Positions 10,876-24,059 of a stretch of DNA of 64,000 nucleotides are shown here, piece after piece. A program made the position numbers and the translations under genes. The notes beneath the pieces were generated by a model that was given only the letters and a program-made list of their open reading frames with translations, ran no database searches and was not told where the DNA came from. The stretch covers positions 204,416,001-204,480,000 of the forward strand of contig NC_086100.1 in NCBI RefSeq assembly GCF_963921235.1, read 5' to 3'. Source of the DNA: Mobula hypostoma. Taxonomy: Eukaryota. Position 1 is the first letter of the stretch. Each line of letters opens with the position of its first letter.

Positions 10876-13800
10876 ATATAGAAACCATAGCAAAACTACA
10901 GCACAGAAACAGGCCTTTTGCCCCTTCTTGGCCGTGCCGAACCATTTTCTGCCTAGTCCCACTGACCTGCACACGGACCATATCCCTCCATACACCTCCC
11001 ATCCATGTATCTGTCCAATTTATTCTTAAATGTTAAAAAAGAACCCGCACTTACCACCTCATCTGGCAGCTCATTCCACACTCCCACCTCTCTCTGTGTG
11101 AAGAAGCCCCCCCCCCAATGTTCCCTTTAAACTTTTCCCCCCTCACCATTAACCCATGTCCTCTGGTTTTTTTCTCCCCTTGCCTCAGTGGAAAAAGTCT
11201 GCTTGCATTCACTCTATCTATACCCATCATAATTTTATATACCTCTATCAAATCTCCCCTCATTCTTCTACGCTCCAGGGAATAAAGTCCTAACCTATTC
11301 AACCTTTCTCTGTAACTGAGTTTCTCAAGTCCCTGCAACATCCTTGTCATAGTCATACTTTATTGATCCTGAGGGAAATTGGTTTTCATTACAGTTGCAC
11401 CTTAAATAATTCAATAGTGATAAAACCATAAATAATTAAATAGTAATATGTAAATTATGTCAGGAAATAAGTCACCCTGTTGGCTCAGGATGTCTGACCC
11501 TCCAAGGGAGGAGTTGTAAAGTTTGATGGCCACAGGCAGGAATGACTTCCTATGACGCTCTGTGTTGCATCTCCGTGGAATGAGTCTCTGGCTGAATGTA
11601 TCCTGTGCCCAACCAGTCCATTATGTAGTGGATGGGAGACATTGTCCAAGATGGCATGCAACTTGGACACCATCCTCTTTTCAGACACCACCATCAGAGA
11701 GTCCAATTCCATCCCCACAACATCACTGGCCTTACGAATGAGTTTGTTGATTCTGTTGATGTCTGCTACCCTCAGCCTACTGCCCAGGCACACAACAGCA
11801 AACATGATAGCACTGGCCACCACAGACTCGTAGAACATCCTCAGCATCGTCCGAAAGATGTTAAAGGACCTCAGTCTCCTTCTCTGCACTCTTTCAACCT
11901 TATTAATATCCTTCCTGTAATTTGGTGACCAAAACTGAACACAATACTCCAGATTCGGCCTAACCAATGCCTTATACAACCTCATCATAACATTCCAGCT
12001 CTTATACTGAATATGTCGATTAATAAAGGCCAATGTACCAAAAGCTCTCTTTAAAACCCTATCTACCTGTGATGCCACTTTTAGGGAATTTTGTATCTGT
12101 ATTCCCAGATCCCTGAGTTCTACTGCACTCCTCAGTGCCTTACCATTTACCCTGTATGTCCTACCTTGGTTTGTCCCTCCAAAGTGCAATACCTCACACT
12201 TGTCCGTATTAAACTCCATCTGCCATTTTTCAGCCCATTTTTCCAGCTGGTCCAAGCCCCTCTGCAGGCTCTGAAAACCTTCCTCACTGTCCACTGCACC
12301 TCCAATCTGTATATCATCAGCAAATTTGCTGATCTAATTTACCACATTATCATCCAGATCATTGATATAGATGACAAATAACAATGGACCCAGCACTGAT
12401 CCCTGTGGCACACCACTAGTCACAGGCCTCCACTCAGAGAAGCAATTCTCTACCACCACTCTTTGGCTTCTTCCAATGAGCCAATGTCTAATCCAATTTA
12501 CCACCTCTCCATGTATACCTAGCGACTGAATTTTCCTAACTAACCTCCCATGCGGGACCTTGTCAAAGGCCTTACTGAAGTCCATATAGACAACATCCAC
12601 TGCCTTCCCTTCATCCACTTTCCTGGTAACCTCCTCGAAAAACTCCAATAGATTGGTCAAACATGACCTACCACGCACAAAGCCATGTTGGCTCTCCCTA
12701 ATAAGTCCCTGTCTATCCAAATGCTTGTAGATTCTGTCTCTTAGTACTCCCTCCAATAACTTAACCACTACTGACTTCAAACTTACTGGCCTATAATTTC
12801 CCGGATTACTTTTTGATCCTTTTTGAAACAACGGAACAACGTGAGCTACTCTCCAATCCTCCAGCACCTCACCAGTAGACAGTGACATTTTAAATATTTC
12901 TGCCAGGGCCCCCGCAATTTCAACACTAGTCTCCTTCAAGGTCCGAGGGAACACTCTGTCAGGTCCCGGGGATTTATCCACTTTAATTTTCCTCAAGACA
13001 GCAAGCACCTCCTCCTTTTCAATCTGTACAGTTTCCATGATCTCACTACCTGATTCCCTCAATTCCATAGACTTCATGCCAGTTTCCTTAGTAAATACAG
13101 ACGCAAAAAGCTCACTTAAGATCTCCCCCATTTCTTTTGGTTCCGCACCTAGCCGACCACTCTGATCTTCAAGAGGACCAATTTTATCCCTTACAATCTT
13201 TTTACTCTTAATATACCTGTAAAAGCTCTTTGGATTATCCTTCACTTTGACTTTCAAGGCAACCTCATGTCTTCTTTTAGCCCTCCTGATTTCCTTCTTA
13301 AGTATTTTCTTGTACTTTTTATACTCCTCAAGCACCTTATTTACTCCCTGTTTCCTATACATGTCATACAACTCTCTCTTCTTCTTTTTCAGAGTTCCAA
13401 TATCCCTTGAGAACCAAGGTTTCTTATTCCTATTCACTTTGCCTTTAATCCTGACAGGAACATACAAATTCTGCACTCTCAAAATTTCTCCTTTGAAGGC
13501 TTCCTACTTACCAATCACATCCTTGCCAGAGAACAACCTGTCCCAATCCACGCTTTTTATATCCTTTCTTATTTCTTCAAATTTGGCCTTCTTCCAGTTC
13601 TGAACCTCAACCCTAGGGCCAGATCTATCCTTGTCCATGATCAAGTTGAAACTAATGGTGTTATGATCACTGGAACCAAAGTGCTCCCCTGCACAGACTT
13701 CTGTCACTTGTCCTAACTCGTTTCCTAACAGGAGATTCAATATTGCATTCCCTCTAGTTGGTACCTCTATATATTGATTTAGAAAACTTTCCTGAACACA

Positions 13801-15060
13801 TTTTACAAACTCTAACCCATCTAGACCCCTAACAGTATGGGAGTCCCAATCAACATGTGGAAAATTAAAATCCCCTACCACCGTAACTTTATGTTTCCTG
13901 TAGTTGCCTGCTATCTCTCTGCAGAATTGCTCCTCCAATTCTCGCTGACTATTTGGTGGTCTATAATACAATCCCACTAATGTGGCCATACCTTACCTGT
14001 TTCTCAGCTCCACCCATAAGGACTCAGTAGACAAGCCCTCTAATCTGTCCTGCCTGAGCACTGCTGTAATACTTTCCCTGACAAGCAATGCTACTCCCCC
14101 ACCTTTCATTCCTCTGCCTCGATCACATCTGAAACATCGGAACCCTGGAATATAAGCTGCCAGTCCTGCCCCTCCTGTAGCCAAGTTTCACTAATTGCTA
14201 TAACGTCATAATTCCACGTGTCAATCCACGCCCTCAACTCGTCCGTCTTCCCCGCAATACTCCTAGCATTGAAATATATACACCTCAGAAGATATTTACC
14301 ACCACTCACAACCTTTCTATTAGCGGATTTGCTGGAACTTTTAACATCATTTATTTTCACCCCAGCCCCACTGTCAGCTCTGGTACTGTGGTTCCCATCC
14401 CCCTGCAAATCTAGTTTAAAGCCTCCCCAGCAGCACTAACAAACCTCCCTGAAAGGATATTGGTCCCCTTGTAGTTCAAGTGTAACCCGTCTCTCTTGTA
14501 CAGGTCCCACCTGCCCCAGAAGGGGTCCCAATGATCCTGAAATCTGAAACCCTGCTTCCTACACCAGTTCCTCAGCCACTTGTTCATTCTCCAGAGCATC
14601 CTATTCCTACCCTCACTGGCACCTAGCACAGGTAGCAATCCTGAGATTACCACCCTCGAGGTCCTGCTTTTCAACTTCCTACCAAGCTCTCTATACTCAC
14701 TGTCCAGGACGTCCTCACTCTTCCTTGCTATGTCATTGGTACCGATGTGCACCACGACATCTGGCTGATCACCCTCCCATTTCAGAATGTCATGCAAGCG
14801 ATCAGAGACATCCTTGAACCTGGCACCCGGGAGGGAACAAACCATCCTGGATTCTCTGTCAAGACCACAGAACCTCCTATCTGTATCTCTAACTATCGAG
14901 TCCCCCATCACTACCGCTCTCCTCTTTTTCCACCCTCCCTTCTGCACTGCAGAGCCAGACTCAGTGCCAGAGATCTGGCTGCTGCAGCTTGCCCCAGGTA
15001 AGTCATCCCCCCCAACAGTATCCAATGCGGTATACTTGTTGTTGAAGGGAATGGCCACAG
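10876..15060 (-). mobile_element. CR1-B, long copy (ORF1 esterase, EN, RT, 3' tail), frameshifted
   Basis: ORF1 14411-15058 (GDSIVR..HIGTND..DGLHLN); EN 14106-14408 and 13504-13989; RT 12334-13482. Confidence 0.95.
11347..11880 (-). mobile_element. Rex1/Babar LINE 3' fragment nested in CR1-B
   Basis: RLRSFNI..MFYESVVASAIMFAVVC..SHPLH C-terminus; AATAAA and short-repeat tail. Confidence 0.85.
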
Positions 15061-15397
15061 GACTCAGTAGACAAGCCCTCTACCCTGTCCATAAAGAGAG
15101 GTGAGTTGCACCGAGAGTCAGGAAGGGGAATGGGGTTAAATAGCCATCACAGAGTACTCTTGTGGCCATCCCACACAACAACAGGTAGACCATTTTAGAA
15201 ACTTGTGGGCGATTACCTAGCAGGAAAGTCAAAGAGCTGATAGGGGATTTGTTAGTTAGGGAACTAAAACTAGCAAAGTTCTGATATCCGAGTGGTAAGG
15301 CTTGCTAGTGCTCGTGTGTGGTGGGATGGGGTGGTTAAACTAAAGTTACAAGGGTGATTGGAGTCAGAATGCCAGAACAGATAGTGGAGAGGGTGAA

Positions 15398-15975
15398 TTG
15401 AAATGAATTATATCCTTAATGTACATGAGGAGTAGAAATCTTTACATTACTTCTCCATCTAAATGTGCAATGTGTAATTTCTAGTAATTTATAATAAATA
15501 GTATATAGGACAGTCATTATAACATAGAAATACAATTGTATCAGCATGAATTAATCAGTCTGATGGCCTGGTGGAAGAAGCTGTCCCGGAGCCTGTTGGT
15601 CCTGGCTTTTATGCTGTGGTACCGTTTCCCGGATGGTAGCAGCTGGAACAGTTTGTGCTTGGGGTGACTCGGGTCCCCAGTGATCCTTCGGGCCTTTGTA
15701 AATGTCCTGAATAGTGGAAAGTTCACATCTACAGATGCGCTGGGCTGTCTACACCACTCTATGCAGAGTCCTGCGATTGAGGGAAGTACAGTTCCCAGAC
15801 CAGGCAGTGATGCAGCCAGTCAGGATGCTCTCAATTGTGCCCCTGTAGAAAGTTCTTTGGATTTGGGACCCATACCAAACTTATTCAAGCATCTGAGGTG
15901 AAAGAGGCGCACAGCCATATACCACACAGACAGTATGTACAGACCACACGAGATCCTTGGTGATGTTTATGCCGA
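15398..15975 (-). mobile_element. Rex1/Babar 3' fragment
   Basis: ITGDPSHP..LLPSGKRY..RLRDSFFHQAIRLIN. Confidence 0.85.
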
Positions 15976-16419
15976 GGGACTTTGTAGAATTTGTAGACTA
16001 TGCCAAGAAACAAAGGTTGATTCAGTAAGCGATTTTAATTTTTCATGTATTGAGTGGGAGTCCCATACTGTAAAAGGACTAGATGGGGTAGAGTTTTTCA
16101 AATGTGCCTTTAATCAAGACGTAGAATTCCCAATGTAGAAGTGTGCAATAAGTATTAGGAAGTGATCCAGCATTAGTGCAGAAGTTAGTGTATGGGAACA
16201 CTTTGTATCTAGTGTTCATAATACCATGAGGTTCTAAGTAAATATGCATAAAGAAAGGGCTGGAGGATCTCAACCATTCTAAATTGGAGAAGGGTCAATT
16301 TTATCAGAATTTTATCAATGGTATTAGTAAGGATCTGACAAATGTGCATTGGGACAGGCTATTTTCTGGCAAAGGAATACTTCGTAAGCAGGAGTTCTTC
16401 AGAAGTGAGGGTGTAGCGT

Positions 16420-16700
16420 TTCTATTGTATGTTAGTTAAAGTCTGTCCCGAGGCTTGTGGCCCATCAGGTTTCTGCCGGTTTCTGTGGCATGAAGTGACT
16501 GAGAGTACGAGATTCCTCCCCCCCCCCCCCCGGATAGGACGCCAGTCTGTCATGAGGTTAACCCCCAGCATTTTCCCGGCACCCATTTTCAGCTGGGTGG
16601 ACTGGAGCAGTGTGTGGTTAAGTGCCTTGCTCAAAGACACAATACGCTGCCTTGGCCAAGACTCAAACCCAACGCCCTAACCACTTGGACACGCGCCACA
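16420..16700 (-). mobile_element. CORE-type SINE related to 10437-10640
   Basis: Revcomp gtgtccaagtggttagggcg..gtgtctttgagcaaggcacttaaccaca. Confidence 0.7.
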
Positions 16701-16871
16701 CAGAGTTTGAATGTGCCTGCCAAAATAAAAGTTGAATGGTAACTGGTGCAGGTTACCTTGGTTTTCAAGATATATTGAGGCCCCAGATATTTTGTTCCTC
16801 TAAATGCCTCAGACTGTTGGGTGCTACCAAGACTCATTAATGACTACAATATCATAATTCCATGCCCTGAG

Positions 16872-18763
16872 CTTATACTTTATACTTTATTGTTGCCAAA
16901 CAATTGATACTAGAACGTACAATCATCATAGCGATATTTGATTCTGCGCTTCCCACTCACTGGATTACAAATCAATAGTAAATATTAAAAATTTAAATTA
17001 TAAATCATAAATAGATAATAGAAAAATCGAAAGTAAGGTAGTACAAAAAGAACCGAGATGCAGGATATATGGAGTCTACGGCCCAGATCCGGGTCAGGAT
17101 CCGTTCAGCAGTCTTACCACAGTTGGAAAGAAGCTGTTCCCAAATCTGGCCGTACGAGTCTTCAAGCTCCTGAGCCTTCTCCCGGAGGGAAGAGGGACGA
17201 AACGTGTGTTGGCTGGGTGGATCGTGTCCTTGATTATCCTGGCAGCACTGCTCCGACAGCGTGCGGTGTAAAGTGACTCCAAGGACGGAAGATTGGTTTG
17301 TGTGATGTCTTCACGATCTTCTGCAGCTTCTTCCAGTCTTGGACAGGAGAACTTCCATACCAGGTTGTGATGCACCCGAGAAGACTGCTTTCTACGGTGC
17401 ATCTATAAAAATTAGTGAGGGTTTTAGGGGACAGGCCAAATTTCTTTAGTTTTCTCAGGAAGTAAAGGCGCTGGTGGGGCTTCTTGGCAGTGGACTCTGC
17501 TTGCTTAGACCAAATCAGGTCATTTGTGATACTGACCCCAAGGAACTTAAAGCTTTTGACCTGTTCCACTTGTGCACCACCGATGTAAATTGGATTGTGC
17601 GGTCCGCTACTCCTTCTGAAGTCAACAACCAATTCCTTCGTCTTGCTGATGTTGAGGGATAGGTTATTGTCTTCGCACCATACCACCAGGTTCTTAATCT
17701 CCTGTCTGTACTCAAATTCATCATTACCCGAGATACGGCCTACAATTGTTGTGTCATCAGCAAACTTATATATTGAGTTTGCTGGAAACTTGGCTACACA
17801 ATCATGGGTGTACAGTGAGTACAGCAGGGGGCTGAGTACACAGCCTTGTGGGGCACCGGTGCTCAGAATGATTGTAGAGGAGAGCTTGTCCCCTATTACA
17901 GCCTGGGTCCTGTCTGTGAGGAAGTTGATGATTCAGCTGCAGATCTGAGTGCTAAGGCCAAGGTTCCAGAGCTTAGGAATCAGTTTATTTGGAATGATGG
18001 TATTAAAGGCAGAGCTGTAGTCAATGAAAAGGAACCTTACGTATGCGTCTTTATTCTCCAGGTGTTCTAAGGAGGAACGTAGGGCCAGAGAGATGGCATC
18101 TGCCGTTGACCTGTTGCATCAGTAGGCGAATTGCAAAGCGTCGAGATTGACCGGTAGGCTGTGGTTGATGTGTGCCATAACCAATCTCTCAAAGCACTTC
18201 ATAGCAATTGATGTCCGAGCCACAGGTCGATAGTCATTCAGGCATGCCACCTTGCTCTTCTTTGGCACTGGGATTATCGTTGCCTTCTTAAAACACGAGG
18301 GGATCTTAGACTGAAGCAAGGAGCAGTTGAAGATGACAGCAAACACTCCAGCTAGCTCGCTTGCACAGGCCTGGAGAACCCGTCCTGGGACGCCATCTGG
18401 GCCCGTAGCCTTCCTTGGATTTATCTTCAGGAAGGCCCTTCTGACATCCTCCTCGGTGACGATGAATCTCGATGCCACCAGGTCCAGTTCATCCGGAGGG
18501 AGCGGGACACTCCTCTTCTGTTTGAATCTTGTGTAGAATACGTCAAGTTCGTCAGGAAGAGAAGCACCACAGTTATTGATATTCCCAGCCTTTTCTTTGC
18601 GCCCAGTGATCTCATTTAGACCCTGCCATAGTCTACTGGCATCCCTCTGGTTAGCCTGGGCTTCCAACTTGGCTTGATATTGCCTCTTGGTGCCCTTAAT
18701 GGCTTTCCGGAGTTTACGCCTGGATTCCGTGTAGCGACTGGTATCCCTGGACCTAAAAGCCAA
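16872..18763 (-). mobile_element. Rex1/Babar LINE, 5'-truncated RT region
   Basis: ORFs 18119-18763 (KATGPDG, CLNDYRPVA, LQFAY) and 17234-17686 (LNISKTKELVVDFR); (tatactt)n tail. Confidence 0.92.
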
Positions 18764-19050
18764 GATCTGACTTTTTGACTTTATCTGACTTTTTATTTAG
18801 TTGTCTTCTATTGGTTTCTAAAAGCTTCCCAATAGTTTTTGCTCTTTTGTTTGTCCTCTCTTTGGCTGTTATGTTGGCTTTGGCTTCTCAATTCAGCCAC
18901 CATTGTGTCCTCCTGTCTTTCCAGTGCTTCCACTTCTTTGTGATGTGTCTGGCACTCACCTTCCGAATTGTTCCCAGAAACTCCACCCATTGCTGCTCTG
19001 TTGTCACTCCTAGCTTTTCCCTTCCAAACAAGTTTGGCCAGCTTCTCTGT

Positions 19051-22000
19051 CATAGAAACATAGAACATAGAACATTGAACACCACAGCACAGTACAGTAC
19101 AGGCCCTTTGGCCCTCGATGTTGTGCCGACCCATATAATCCTTAAAAAAATGTACTAAACCCACACTACCCCTATTTTTCTTTCATCCATATGCCTGTCC
19201 AAGAGGCTCTTAAATACCCCTAATGTTTTAGCCTCCATCACCATCCCTGGCAGGCACCCACAACCCTCTGTGTAAAAAACTTACCCCTGATGTCTCCCCT
19301 AAACTTCCCTCCCTTAACTTTGTGCATATGCCCTCTGGTGTTTGCTATTCATGCCTTGGGAAACGGGTACTGGCTATCCACCCTATCTATACCTCTCATA
19401 ATCTTGTAGACCTCTATCACATCCCCTCTCATCCTTCTACGCTCCAAAGAGAAAAGTTCCAGCTCTGCTAACCTTGCCTCATAGAACCTGTTTTCCAATC
19501 CAGGCAACATCCTGGAAAATCTCCTCTGCACCCTCTCTATAGCTTCCACATCCTTTCTATAATGAGGTGACCAGAATTGAACACAATACTCTTAATTGTG
19601 GTCTCACCAGAGGTTTGTAGATTTGCAACATGACCTCTCTATTGACCTCTCTTGAACTCAATCCCCCTATTAATGACGCCTAGCATCCCATAAGCCTTCT
19701 TAACTATCCTATCAACCTGTGCAGCGATCTTGAAGGATGTATGGATTTGAACCCCAAGGTCCCTCTGTTCATCCACACTCTTAAGTAACCGACCATTAAC
19801 CCTGTTCTCAGCCTTCTGGTTTGTCCTTTCAAAATTTATCCGGATTTATCCTCACATTTATCCAGATTGAACTCCATCTGCCACTTTTCTGCCCAACTCT
19901 GCGTCCTGTCTATATCCTCTTGTAATCTTTGACAACCTACAGCTCCATCCACAACTCCTCCAATCTTCGTGTCATCCGCAAACTTACTCACTCATCCTTC
20001 CGCCTCTTCATCCAGGTCATTTATAAAAATCACAAAGAGCAGGGGTCCCAGGTCAGATCCTTGCGGTACTCCACTAGTCACCGACCTCCAGGCAGAATAC
20101 TTTCCTTCCACTACTACCCTCTGCTTTCTTCCTGTAAGCCAATTTTTTAATCCAAATAGCCAAGGTTCCACTGATCCCATGCCTCATGACTTTCTGGGTG
20201 AGACTGTCATGAGGGACCTTGTCAAATGCCTTGCTAAAATCCATGTAGACCACATCTACCACCCAACAGTCATCAATTTCTTTTGTTACCTCTTCAAAAA
20301 ACTCAATTAGGCTCGTGAGGCACGACCTTCCCTTTACAAAGCCATGTTGACTATCCTTGAGTAGACTGTACTTCTCCAAGTGCTCGTAGATCCTATTCTT
20401 ACTGACGTAAGACTCACCGGTCTATAGTTCCCAGGATTCTCCCTATTACCTTTTTTAAACAAGGGAACTACATTTGCAATTCTCCAATCCTCTGGCACCT
20501 CCCCTGCAGCCAAAGAGGATTCAAAGATCATAGCTACTGCTCCAGCGATCTCCTCTCTCACTTCCCACAGCAACCTGGGGTATATCACATCGGGCCCTGG
20601 GGATTTATTAACCTTGATGTTTTTAAGAAGATCCAACACTACTTCTTCCTTAATCTCCACATTGTCAGCACGCAGGCCTGTTCTATTTCGACCTCACCTT
20701 GATCAAAGTCCTTTTAACTTGTGAATACTGAAGCAAAGTATTCATTTAGGACCTCCCCAAGCTCCTCCACCTCCAGGCACATGTTGTCTTCGTTATCCTT
20801 TAGCGGCCCCACCTTCACTCTTGTCATCCTTCCGTTCTTCACATATGCATAGAACGCCTTGGGGTTCTCCTTAATCCTACATGCCAAGGCCTTCTCATGC
20901 CCCCTTCGAGCTCTCCTAAGTCCTTTCTTAAGCTCCTTCCTGGCTACCCTATATTCCTCATGAGCCCCTCCTGCTTCCTGCTTCTTATATCTAACATATG
21001 CTTCCTTCTTCCTCTTGACAAGTTGCCTCACGTGTTTCGTCAGCCACGGTTCTCTTTTCCTCCCATTTTTTCCTTGTCTCAGTGGGACAAACCTATCCTG
21101 AACCCAGCACGAGTGATCCCTAAACTTCCTCCACATTACTTCTGTGCTTTCACCCTTGAACATCTGTTTCCAATTTACTCTCGCTAGTTCCTGCCTCATC
21201 CCTTCATAGTTAGCCCTTTCCCAGTTAAGCACTTTCCCATTGTTTTTGTCCTTTTCCATAGCTATGCTGAAGCTAAGCGAGTTGTGGTCACTCTCACCAA
21301 AATGCTCCCCCACCATGAGTTCTGCCACCTGACCAGGTTCATTACCCAGAACTGGATCCAGCAGGGCCTCTCCTCTCATCAGCTGGTCCACATACTGTGT
21401 CAGGAATCCTTGAACACAGCTGACAAATTCAGCCCCATCTATCCCCCTTGCAGGCAGGAGGTGCCAGTCAATATGAGGGAAGTTGAAATCACCCATAACT
21501 ACAACCCTGTATTTCCTGCACCATTCTAAAATCAGCCTGCTTATCTGCTCCTCGGTGCCCTGAGGGTTATTTGGGGGCCTATAGACTGCTCCCAGCACAG
21601 TGATTGATCGCTTCCTATTTCTGACTTCCACCCACACCGACTCAGTGGACACTCCCTCTGCAGCGTCCTCCCTTTCTATAGCCGTGATACTATCCCTGAT
21701 CAGTAATGCTACTCCCCCGCCTTTCCTACCTCCCATCCTATTCCTTTTAAAACACCTAAACTCCGGTACCTGCATCAGCCAATCCTGCCCTTCCTCCAGC
21801 CAAGCTTCTGTAACGGCCACAACATCGTAGTTCCACGTACTGATCTATGCTCTAAGTCCTGACGAAGGGTCTCGGCCTGAAATGTCGACTGTACCTCTTC
21901 CTAGAGATGCTGCCTGGCCTGCTGCGTTCACCAGCAACTTTGATGTGTGTTGCTTGAATTTCCAGCATCTGCAGAATTCCTGTTGTATGCTCTAAGTTCA

Positions 22001-22590
22001 TCCCCTTTATTCCTAATGCTCCTAGCATTGAAATAGACACATTTCAACCCGTCTAACTGGGTACATTTATGTTTTGTCCCCTGCCTTTCCTTCCTCACCA
22101 ACTCAGAACACACAGCATCGTGCCCGTGTCCTTCTACCCTAATCTCTGCACTCACATTCTGATTCCCACCCCCCTGCCAAACTAGTTTAAACCCTCCCCA
22201 GCAGCTCTAGCAAACCTGCCAGCCAGGATATTGGTCCCTTTCCAGTTCAAGTGAAGCCCGTCCTTTTTGTACAGGTCAGACCTTCCCCAGAAGAGATCCT
22301 AATGACCCAGAAATCTGAACTCCTGCCCTCTGCACCAACTCTTCAGCCACACATTCATCTGCCATAACTTCCTGTTCCTACCCTCTCTGTCTTGTGGCAC
22401 AGGCAGCAGTCCTGAGATTACCACCCTTGAGGTCCTGCTTTTTAACTTTTTTCCAAACTCCCTATATTCCTTCTTCAGGACCTCATCCCTACTCCTATCT
22501 ATGTCATTGGTCCCCACGTGGACCACAACATCCGGCTGCTCATCCTCTGTCCTGAGAATACCGAGAACTAGATCCAAAATTTTGCGGACC
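19051..22590 (-). mobile_element. CR1-C, long decayed copy with a small internal deletion near 20400
   Basis: ORF1 piece 22299-22577; EN 20714-21820; RT pieces 19992-20660; tail at 19051. Confidence 0.93.
21858..21985 (+). mobile_element. Short Penelope-derived insert carrying a minimal hammerhead-ribozyme motif
   Basis: TSD TATGCTCTAAGT at 21846-21857 and 21986-21997; AGTC-CTGACGA-AGGGTCTCGGCCT-GAAA-TGTC-GACT. Confidence 0.8.
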
Positions 22591-23603
22591 AGCTTGTTGT
22601 TGAGCCCACTAGGGGATCGGCTGTACAGGATTGGGTATTGTGCAATGAACCGGAGGTGATTAGAGAGATTGAGGTGAAGGAACCCTTAGGAGGCAGTGAT
22701 CATGACATGATTGAGTTCACTGTGAAATTTGAAAAGAGAAGCCGAAATCTGATGTGTCGATATTTCAGTGGAGTAAAGGAAATTACAGTGGCATGAGAGA
22801 GGAACTGGCCAAAGTTGACTGGAAAGGGACACTGGCGGGAAAGATGGCAGAGCAACAGTGGCTGGAGTTTATGTGAGAAGTGAGGAAGGTGCAAGACAGG
22901 TATATTCCAAAAAAGAAGAAATTTTCAAATGGAAAAAGGATGCAACCGTGGTTGACAAGAGAAGCCAAAGCCAAAGTTAAAGCAAAGGAGAGGACATACA
23001 AGGAAGCAAAAATTAGTGGGAAGACAGGGGATTGAGAAGTTCTTAAAAGCTTACAAAAGGAAACTAAGGAGGTCATTAAGAGGGAAAAGGTTAACTATTA
23101 AAGGAAGCTAGCAAATAATATCAAAGAGGATACTAAAAGCTTTTTCAAGTATATAAGGAGTAAAAGACAGGTCAGAGTAGATATAGGACTGATAGAAAAT
23201 GATGCTGGAGAAATTGTAATGGGAGATAAGGAGATGGCAGAGGAACTGAACGAGTATTTTGCATCAGTCTTCACTGAGGAAGACATCAGCAGTATACCGG
23301 ACACTCAATGGTGGCAGGGAAGAGAAATGTGCGCAGTCACAATTACGACAGAGAAAGTACTCAGGAAGCTGAATAGTCTAAACGTAGATAAATCACCCGG
23401 ACCAGATGGAATGCACCCTCGTGTTCTGAAGGAAGTAGCTGTGGAGATTGCGGAGGCATTAGCGATGATCTTTCAAAAGTAGATAGATTCTGGCATGGTT
23501 CCAGAGGACTGGAAGATTGCAAATGTCACTCCGCTATTTAAGAAGGGGGCAAGGAAACAAAAAAGAATTTATAGACCTGTTAGCTTGACATCGGTGGTTG
23601 GGA
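22591..23603 (+). mobile_element. CR1-D internal fragment abutting the ZNF locus
   Basis: ORF 23219-23482 (KSPGPDGMHPRVLKE); closely matches revcomp of ~61280-62300. Confidence 0.92.
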
Positions 23604-24059
23604 TGATTTCTCTCTCCAACTTGGGTTGAACCTCACGGTAACAGTGTGATGCCAGATCACACCTTGACAACTCAGGTGATCTCATCTTAAATGTTGTCGT
23701 ACACCCATTAATGGATTTTGTAAATCTTTTTACAGGTTACAAATGACAAAGAATTTGTGTACGGGAATCTCGAACACAACACGCCAGTTTTACTGTCTCT
23801 GTCCAGATATTTAAGAAGTGGAGCAAGCGAATCACTCGATCATCCTTCCTGCTCAGACTGTGGGAATGGATTCACTCGATCATTTCAACTGAAGGTACTT
23901 CAGCAAGTTCAAACTGGGACAAGGCCATTCATCTATTCTGTGTTTGAGAAGGGATTCAGTCGGTCTTCCCACCTGTGGACACACCAGTCAGTTCACACTG
24001 GGCAGAGGCTGGTCATCTGCTGAATTTGTGGGGAAGGATTCACTCGGTCATCTGACCTA

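Noticed and set aside
11485..12294. CR1-Rex1 fusion ORF
   Set aside because: Product of a nested insertion; both parts are truncated and decayed
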